A model generated the notes under the pieces. That model worked only from the letters and a program-made list of their open reading frames with translations, searched no databases and had not been told where the DNA came from. A program made the translations under genes and the position numbers. A stretch of 64,000 bases of DNA from Octopus vulgaris. Taxonomy: Eukaryota. Positions 54,960 through 64,000 of this stretch are shown here, one piece after another. Each line of letters starts with the position of its first letter. Position 1 is the stretch's first letter. The DNA lies in assembly GCA_951406725.2 (NCBI GenBank), contig OX597815.1, forward strand, positions 68,076,001 to 68,140,000. Reading direction: 5' to 3'.

Positions 54960-55252
54960 CTCTTTATCACAGGTTTTGTTGGAGCTCCTGGAGTCTTGCA
55001 TGCATAGTGGACTTACTGCCTGCAGCCTATAATACCATGTTATTTGTTCTTTCCAACTATCTAATAATTTACTGATTATTCTGGCTGTGCCAATGAGGCA
55101 AACCTTTTGTAACAGTTCTACTGGGCACTCTATTCCAACTTACTTTATAATCCTCTTGATACCTTGTGATACTGTTCCCAAGGACCCAACAATAATTGGC
55201 ACAATCATCACCTTCTTCATTTTCCATAGCAGGGCTATTTTGTACTTAAGAG
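54960..55252 (-). mobile_element. Short R4/Dong-like 3' fragment
   Basis: IALLWKMKKVMIVPIIVGSLGTV, the C-terminal motif of RLE elements; TAA-rich flanks. Confidence 0.7.
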
Positions 55253-55281
55253 GATTGTTATTGTTGTTGTTGTTGTTGTTG

Positions 55282-55343
<62 letters not shown>

Positions 55344-55363
55344 TCTATTACTATTACTATTAC

Positions 55364-55400
<37 letters not shown>

Positions 55401-55414
55401 TCTATTACTATTAC

Positions 55415-55460
<46 letters not shown>

Positions 55461-55462
<2 letters not shown>

Positions 55463-56313
55463 ATAGTTTTATTTTTATAGCATGCTTTCACTTCACTACC
55501 GAGTACAGCTCTGTGTGCCTTGGGTATGTGCTGTGATTTTTTGTGATGCTCTGATGGTTACTGTATTGAAAGTGTTTTGTGTAGGATGTGTGCAGTGCCC
55601 AGTAGTGCAATTTTCTGTATGTTATATATATTTGTAAGTCTGAATACTTTTTTTATCATACCTAATGCAGCTATTATGATAAGAATTGTTTCTGTTTTTA
55701 GATTCCACATTCAAGTTACTTCTATTTCCAGGTCTCTGTATTTTGAAAGTTTCTCCATTTCTTTTAGAGACACGTTGTCATCTGCTGGTATTGATACATC
55801 AATTAGAAAGCATTTTTTTCCTTCATGGTCTCTGACAACTATATCTGGCCTATTGGCCTTAATTTCTCTATCTGTGTGTATTGGCATATCCCAGAGTATG
55901 CTTGCTTTCTCGTTTTCTGTGACCTTTTCTGGTGTGTGCCTATACCATCTTTTTTCTGTTGTTATTCCATAGTGCTGGTATAGCTTCCAGTGTATGTAGG
56001 TCCCAACTCTGTCGTGTCTGTGAATATATTCCTTCTTAGCCAGGACTGGGTAGCCAGAGATAATATGATTTATTGTTTCTTGTCCATCTCCACATATTCT
56101 GCAGTTACTTATATGTTTTAGGTAATTTCTGGTGAGGACACTTTGGTCTTGTGCTGCAATTAAAAATCCCTCCGTCTCTGCTTTGAGTCCTGAGCTTCTC
56201 AACTATTGCAGGGATTTTTCTCTGTCTATTTCTCTTGCATTTAGTTTAGTCCAGTATTTGCCATGAAGGGGCTTTTCTTGCCATCGTTTTATCATGGTCC
56301 TTTGCTGTTCTAG

Positions 56314-56316
<3 letters not shown>
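55461..56316 (-). mobile_element. R4/Dong-like 3' portion, best preserved
   Basis: ETEGFLIAAQDQ, CRICGDGQETINHIISG, YIHRHD, ANRPDIVV, FLIDVSIP, EKLSKY (PD..D..K RLE); (TAA)n both sides. Confidence 0.92.
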
Positions 56317-56379
<63 letters not shown>

Positions 56380-56901
56380 AAAGACATTTCAAAGTAGCAT
56401 TATAAAGTCTATTTACTTCAGACCTAAACAAGAAAGTACTTCCATTTACAGCAGCAGCAGCAACAGAAGAAGAAAATGTGACACTTAACTATAACAGTAA
56501 CAGCAGCAGCGATAGCTGTACCATTGACCACAAGGGAAATGACTTAGCACTTTGCAGAATGGTGATCTAAATATCACCAATGTTGATTGAAATTTTCAAA
56601 TCCAATCATCTCTTGAGAAATGCCAACCAGTAGTTTGAAATTCTACCAAAGAACACAGAAATGTATAAAAATACATAAGTGTACGTGTGTGTGTGTGCGT
56701 GTGTATGATTCCAAAAAAAGTAATTTTTTATGCTAAAAATTGATTGAAATTAAAAGAAAACCAAATCAAAAATATTCTTTTTTTTCTATTTTAACAAATG
56801 ACAGGTATATTCTATGAAATAAGTGAGGAATATTAAATTAAGTCTGGTGAGAACTCGAGCAAAAGTTTTGAAACATCATCTAGTAAGTACTAATGACAGC
56901 C

Positions 56902-56932
<31 letters not shown>

Positions 56933-57350
56933 CATTGTAAATAGTTGATGAGAATGTTGAGAATTTAATTGAAAATTTCTGTAATTCTCTGACATCATTC
57001 ACTTCTGTGGTGTGATGACAATATCATAAAAAGAGGCTGTATCAAATATTACACATAGTAAGGTAAACTTGAATGTTGCTATGTTAAAATAAATGCTATA
57101 TGATTGATTAAATAATAGCGCAGAACATGTGGGAAAGACAGAATATATATTATATGTTGTATAAGTATGTTTTAGTAGTTTTAGAAAGTTTTTTCTGCAA
57201 TGTAAGTTTTTTTAATAAAAAAGTGATATAGTTAGCAATCTACTTATAATGATGGCTGTGCTATAGACTTTCAGCTTTAACAAATAAATATATATGTGTG
57301 CCTGTGTGTCATTGTTATCGTCATCATTATCATCATCTTCCTCCTCCTCC

Positions 57351-57386
<36 letters not shown>

Positions 57387-57537
57387 CCACCGCCGCCGCC
57401 ACCACCACCACCACCACCACCACCACCACCACAACCATCATCATCGTCATAATCATGAACGAGATGCTTTTGATACCTTTGAAAATTTTTTATATCGATG
57501 TAGCAATTGTTTTTATAACTGGATACTCTTCTTACAG

Positions 57538-57655
57538 CTAAAACCTCAACTGTGAAATGGGAACAGAACTCAATTTGTCAATCAGATAGATTGAAGCAAA
57601 GAAAGATTTTTTTGTGCTTTACCCAAAGACAGAATACAATGCCTATTGTAGCAAG
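57538..57655 (+). other. Candidate spliced exon (possible ATG exon, MPIVA...)
   Basis: Acceptor TACTCTTCTTACAG, one fully open frame, ACAATG, donor AAG|GTGTGA. Confidence 0.3.
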
Positions 57656-59246
57656 GTGTGAATTTATGAACATACTTTAATTAATTTGGAAATCGAACCT
57701 CATGGCCATGTCCTCTCTCTATTTCAAATTCATTTCACCTCTATTGTGATTCATACGGAAAATATCTTTAGCTCCAACACATAAAGAATGGCAAATGCAG
57801 GCAGTAACATATGAAAAATTAACATTTACAAGAGCAAAGCGTTGCCTTCCATAGGAAACAACAATAGATATTTACCAAATCACAGAAACTATGTATAAAA
57901 AATGGTTAAGTAGATGCACTCACTGCCAGTGTTGAGATTTTATTACTCTCTGGTTTTATTCTTTACTGACACTGTGAATAACAAATTATTGATTTATTGA
58001 TTGATTTATAACCTAAGGGATTATCCCTAAATCACATGACTTCAGTTTCTACAGGGTTACAGTTTTCACTCATTGCATTTCACTCTTCAAACAACATTGA
58101 ACTTCAGATACTGCTTACCTGTTCCTCATTTATATTACCTGACATATGGAGAAGAGAACACATTTGTCATCAATATAATCAATAGCTTGTATTTTGCTTG
58201 CAGCCCTTTACATCCTGAATTCAAATCTTGTTGAGATCAACTTTGCATTTTACCCTTCTGGTGGGGTGGGGTCAATAAAATAAGGTATTGATCAAGTACT
58301 CATCATTACCATCATCATCATCATTATTATTTAACATCCATTTTCCATGCTGATATGGACTGGACAGTTTGACAATACAAAAAGCTGGAATGCTGTGTCA
58401 AACACTAATGTCTGCTTTGACATGGTTTCAATGGCTGAGTGCTCTTCCTAACACCAGCCGCTTTACAAAATGTACTGGGTTCTTTTATCATGGGACTGGT
58501 ATGAGTGAGGTCACTGAGTAACTCCCATGACAAGTCTCCTTGACTGAGTGGTGTTGTAGTAGAGAAGGAGGTGCTTTGTGCTGGGTGATGAGAGGTGATA
58601 GAGGGACATGAACAGGTATCTTGCTGTAGAGGAGATATGTAGCTACCCTGTAACATATGGGAGTAGCTGGAAAATATATAAAGATGGGCTGACAAAATGT
58701 TAGGGTGTATCATGAAGAACACACCAATAAAACAGAGTATCAGTCACACACTGTGGTTCATATAATTTACTACATCCCTAACATCCTCAGATTTTGGGCC
58801 TTTATTAGAAACCCTTGTTATCAGTAATGTATATTCATGTTTAAATAAACAGTTGATATTATTTTAAGGCATCAAGCTAGCAGAATTGTTAGCATGCCAG
58901 GCAAAATGCTTTGTGGCATTTTGTCCATCTTTACATTCTGAGTTCATATACTACTAAGGTCAACTTTACCTTTCAGTCTTTCGGGGTCAGTAAAATAAGT
59001 ACCATTTGAATACTAAGGCTGATATAATCAACTAACTCCTCCCCTCAAATTGCTGGCCTTGTGCCAAAAATTAAAACCAATATTTTTTTAAGGCAGTGAG
59101 CTGGCAGAATCTTTTCATGTAATATAATGTATCCAATATTTATTTATATCCAATGTATTTTTCCTTTTTTAACATGGTATGGTGTAATTTGAGGGTATTT
59201 GACGATTATTTTCTACTTCTAACAGGCTAGAATGACTGTATAAAGT

Positions 59247-59592
59247 CGTGATTTTCATCTGGGGTCCATCTGACCCTTTGGTGTCCATATGACCCTTCAG
59301 GATCCATATAAGATTTTTGGGGGCCCATGTAAGCAAAATAGTAAATTGTGGACCTACAGTATTTTATTAAGTATCTATGTAAACATTTTGTTTTGGATGT
59401 ATTATTGCAACAAACAGCAAGATTTCTTTCTCTAACATTTTACATGGTTGACCCTACACAAGTTAATGTGTGATAAAAAAAATAGAAATTTTGAAAGAAG
59501 TATCTATAAAAGTAGTCTTTAAACATTGAATGGCTATGGGAGTCCACCAAAGTAAAGTAGTAATCTAAAGACCCATAGGTTGAAAACCACTG
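59247..59592. mobile_element. hAT-like MITE, decayed
   Basis: GTGATTTTCATCT ... AGGTTGAAAACCACTG termini, subterminal GGGTCCAT repeats. Confidence 0.65.
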
Positions 59593-60612
59593 ATATAAAA
59601 TCTCCTTTCCTAACTCAATTAGATTGCAGTTGGGAAGAGAGAGGGAATAAAAGACAGAAGAAAGAAAAATCTAGGATGAGGTTGTTAGACTGTATTCTAG
59701 AAATATTAAGTGCTGGGATGTCTATGTGGTTAAGAAGCTCATTTGCAATCACATGGATTCATGTTGAAACACACTGCACCACACCTGGGGCAAATGTCTT
59801 CCTCTATAGCCTTGGGTCAATCAATGCATTGTGAGAAAATTTGCTTGATGGAAACTGTGATGGAAACTGTGATGGAAACTGTGTGGAAGCCCATCATATG
59901 AGTGTATGTGTGTCTTTGTGCTTGTGTTTATTCCCTTCATCACTTGACAGCTTGTGTTGGTTTGTTTATGATCCCAAAACTCAGCAGTTTGGCAAAAGAG
60001 ACTGATAGAATAAATACAAGAATTAAAATATAAAGTACTGGTGCCAGTCGAATGAGTGAAACAAGTAAAAGATAAAACATATATGACAAAAGATAGAAGA
60101 CTGCAGATAAAAATGACCAAGAAAACAATAAGCTTCATGGAAAGAGCAATTATATAAACTCTGCAAGGCCACACCAGATTTAAGAAAGAAACATTAAATC
60201 AATAATGATATTTATAATATTATTATATCAACCAGCATGGTGCCAAACAGATAAGCAGAGTTAAATGTTAACAGTTTATAAAATGAATCTTGATCAGAAT
60301 CGAATTCTAAAAAAAATAACAAGTCATCGTCATTACCAACACAACTACGACAAACATCATTGTCGTTATTGTTGTCATCATAGTCATCATCAGCAGCACC
60401 ACCATCACTCACACCACTACCACCATCATCATTGTCCTTGACATTATCTTCATCATCATTACCATCATTTTAATGTCATCTTTTTCATACTTTCATCTTG
60501 AGCAAGCATCTTCTACTTGCTCAGGATACTGACCAAAGCCTTGTGATGGTTTTGGGAGACAGAAAATGAAAGAAGCCTATTGTGTGTGTGTGTGTGTGTG
60601 TGTGTGATATCA

Positions 60613-60994
60613 AACACACATATGCAAGATATGGGTATTGCCAGTTTGTGGGCAGGCTGTGATTTATAGGCATGAAAGAAAATTTTCTCATAAATACGCC
60701 AAGTGTAAAAACCCCTAGAAGTCATTGACAAGTGAGATAACTCATGCCCAGTTCATTGCAGGAGTGGTAGACATTAATGTTTTGTCATCTTTGTGGCATG
60801 GTATTGATAAATCACATAGATGATGAAATATTGATGTCTACCACTCCTGCAATGGTCCTGGCATGACTTATCTCACTTGTCAATGACTTCTAGGGGTTTT
60901 TATACTAGGTGTATTGAGGAGAAAATTTTCTCTCACACCTATAAATCACAGCCTGCCCACAAACTGGCAAAACACATAACCTTGTGTATGTGTT
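60613..60994. repeat. Fold-back repeat, ~185-bp arms
   Basis: TTGCCAGTTTGTGGGCAGGCTGTGATTTATAGG... mirrored by ...CCTATAAATCACAGCCTGCCCACAAACTGGCAA; short loop near 60798-60813. Confidence 0.9.
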
Positions 60995-61582
60995 ATCGAT
61001 GTTGCTTTGTATTCCTTGGGCTGCTTCTCATTCATATTTGAAAGTGTATATATATATATATATATATATATAGCTGTGATACCAGTGCCGGTGGCACGTA
61101 AGAGAACCATCCGAACGTGGCCATAGCCAGCGCCGCCCTGACTGGCCTCCATGCCGGTGGCACGTAAAAAGTACCATCCGATTCATGGCCGTTGCCAGCT
61201 TCGTCTGGTCTCCATGCCAGTGGCATGTAAAAAGCACCATCCGATCGTGGCCATTTGCCAGCCTCGTCTGGCACATAAAAAGCACCCACTACACTCACGG
61301 AGTGGTTGGCGTTAGGAAGGGCATCCAGCTGTAGAAACACTGCCAGATCAGACTGGGCCTGGTGCAGCCTTCTGGCTTCCCAGACCCCAGCTGAACTGTC
61401 CAACCCATGCTAGCATGGAAAGCGGACGTTAAACGATGATGATGATAAGAGGTAATGGTGTCATTGAGACCCAAAGGTGTCAGGTAATGCTGAATAAGTG
61501 CTATAGACAGACCATAGTTAAGTTCCAGGTTCAGTAATTTTGTGAATAAGGGGTTCAACATTGGTCATATGTCAGTGTGTGC

Positions 61583-61866
61583 ATATAAGAATTTTTTGCA
61601 TAATGAGATAAAAAACCAAGGCTGTGTAGATATTAGAACATTTATAGATAGAAGGTCTTACAGCTGTTTCCAGGATATTTATTAATTATATCCCTTTATA
61701 AGAGACACCGTCAACCTCTCACACCGTCAACCTCTCACACTGTCTCCGATGAAGGGATATAATTAATAAATATTCTGGAAACAGCTGTAAGACCTTCTAT
61801 CTATAAATGTTCAAACATCTACATAGCCTTGGTTTTTTTATCTCATTACGCAAAAAATTCTTACAT
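61583..61866. mobile_element. Fold-back Penelope-like pLTR with a hammerhead fold in each arm
   Basis: ~125-bp inverted arms; spacer has 2 x ACACCGTCAACCTCTC. Confidence 0.85.
61742..61793 (+). ncRNA. Minimal type I hammerhead ribozyme (U4C); degenerate mirror copy on - strand at 61655-61706
   Basis: GTCT-CCGATGA-A-GGGATAT-loop-ATATTCT-G-GAAAC-AGCT-GTA-AGAC; palindromic ACAGCTGT stem III. Confidence 0.72.
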
Positions 61867-61969
61867 ATCTATCTATATATATATATGCATATAAGTATAT
61901 ATCCATATATGTATATATGCATATAAGTATATATGCATATATGTATATATGCATATATGCATATATTTA

Positions 61970-62009
<40 letters not shown>

Positions 62010-62517
62010 ACTAAGGCACTGCGGATTGTTTTGCGTAAACTTGGTTGCTCAACACATCTTGTGAGCATCTTTAAGGAACTACACAGAAACATGAAAGCTC
62101 AAGTAGTCTTTAATGATGAGCTATCTCATGAATTTTGGTGGACAATGGTGTTAAACAGGGAGATATTCCTACCCCTACACTTTTCTCTATTTATTTTGCT
62201 TCATTGCTTTGGTATGCTTTCAAGGATTGCAACAGAGAAACTGGAATCAGATTTTAGACATCTGGTCATATTTTTAATTTGATCCAATTTAATTGCAAAG
62301 CAAAGACTTTCAAAATACTTGTTAGAGAATTATTTTATGCTGATGATGCTGAATTGTTGGCACACTCAGAAGGATATGCAATGTTTAGTAGACAGATTTT
62401 CCACTGCATGTGTACATTTCAGACTCATAATTAGTCTGGAGAAAACCAAAGTGATGTTTACTCCTGTGCCAGGACAAATATATTCTGAACCAAATATTTT
62501 GTGAGCATCTTTAAAGA

Positions 62518-62523
<6 letters not shown>
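62010..62523 (+). mobile_element. RTE (BovB-like) RT fragment
   Basis: [40 protein letters not shown] across frameshifts. Confidence 0.85.
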
Positions 62524-62573
<50 letters not shown>

Positions 62574-62697
62574 CTGCTCACTTAGCCAGCGAGGTGGCGT
62601 CATTCGAAGGCTAAAACAATGCGAACGCATTGTGACCAGCGATGTGTAACAACGTCTGATGGTCTGGTCGGTCACATGATCACGTGATATATATATA

Positions 62698-62728
<31 letters not shown>

Positions 62729-62755
62729 CTGTGTGTGTGTGAGTGTGTGTGTGTG

Positions 62756-62817
<62 letters not shown>

Positions 62818-62938
62818 TAATATATATATATATACAATGAAGGATGCTTCTTGTATGATGACAGCACTTGTTTACAACTACATTTGTGTGTGTGTGCATG
62901 TGCATATGTACATACATACATATATATATATATATATA

Positions 62939-63958
62939 CTAGCAGTATCGCCCGGCGTTGCTCGGGTTTGTAAGGGAAATAACTATATAAGCATTTTTAG
63001 AGAGTTATAGCAAAAAAATGCATTAAAAATGGAATAAAAAATTATGGTAATTTTTTTAAAAAATTGTTGACTCAGTGTCTTCAAGCCATGAAGTCGTTGT
63101 TCTAAAAGAACGCTGGTCTCCTTGACAACGCTTTACGACGTTGATTTCCTTACACTCCCTTCCCCACAGCTTCACGAGGGAGGGAAGAAGGGGGAGAAGC
63201 AACACAGGTGCAGGTGTGACCATGGACGCCAACTCCACCGCCATCGACACACGAAAAAATATGCGTTAAAATGGAAAAAAATGATGTTAAATTATTTTTA
63301 AAATCGTAGACTCATTGTAGACGCGCGCTAATACCCAGACGGGCTCAATATGAATCACGACTATAAGATACCTGAATTTGGTTAAACTGCACCGCAAAAT
63401 GTGGAAGTAGTTAGGAATCTAAATCGTAGGAGACAGACACTCACACAACTACAGTTTTATATATATACTAGCAGTATCGCCCGGCGTTGCTCGGGTTTGT
63501 AAGGGAAATAACTATATAAGCATTTTTAGAGAGTTACTTCCCTTATAAATTCGGCTTTCTTAGCCATTTTTGTTTTGGTGTCTTCAAGCCATGAAGTCGT
63601 TGTTCTAAAAGAATGCTGGTTTCCTTCACAACGCATTACGACGTTGATTTCTTTACACTCCCTTCCCCACAGCTTCACGAGGGAGGGAAGGGGGAGAAGC
63701 AAACAGGTGCAGCTGTGAGCGTGGACGCCAACTCCGCCGCCATCGACATACGATGCATTTTATGCATTAAAATGGAATAAAAAATGATGTTAAATTATTT
63801 TTCAAATCGTAGACTCATCGTTGACGCGCGCTAATAGTCAGACGGGCTCGATATGAATCACGACTATAAGATGTCCGAATTTGGTTAAACTGCACCGCAA
63901 AATGTGGGAGGAGTTAGGAATCTAAATCGAAGGGGACAGACACTCACACAACTAGAGT

Positions 63959-63970
<12 letters not shown>
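62939..63970 (-). mobile_element. Head-to-tail dimer of non-autonomous Helitron (units 62939-63467 and 63468-~63970)
   Basis: Each unit on the minus strand ends CCCG-AGCAACGC-CGGG...CTAG|T; CpG-rich, hence probably young. Confidence 0.8.

Positions 63971-64000
<30 letters not shown>

Overview
AT-rich, repeat-dense eukaryotic DNA. The tRNA-derived SINE families and abundant microsatellites suggest a cephalopod (Octopus-like) genome; this is an inference. No complete protein-coding gene is visible, and almost all listed ORFs are microsatellite or transposon artefacts. The window holds three decayed mariner elements (one interrupted by a Ty3/Gypsy LTR element), a Tc1, two RTE-like LINE fragments, a cluster of R4/Dong-like RLE retrotransposons in (TAA)n arrays, Helitron/Helentron-type and hAT/piggyBac-type MITEs, and many SINEs. 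A CpG-rich stretch (~15.7-18.3 kb) with a minus-strand splice donor and a downstream ATG-containing exon suggests the 5' end of a host gene, preceded by a start-stop uORF. The most interesting signal is several unrelated non-coding repeats, mostly fold-back with Penelope-like pseudo-LTR architecture, that carry minimal type I hammerhead-ribozyme folds. Their core 3:8 pair differs between families (C3-G8, U3-A8, G3-C8), so the latter two would be missed by CUGANGA searches.
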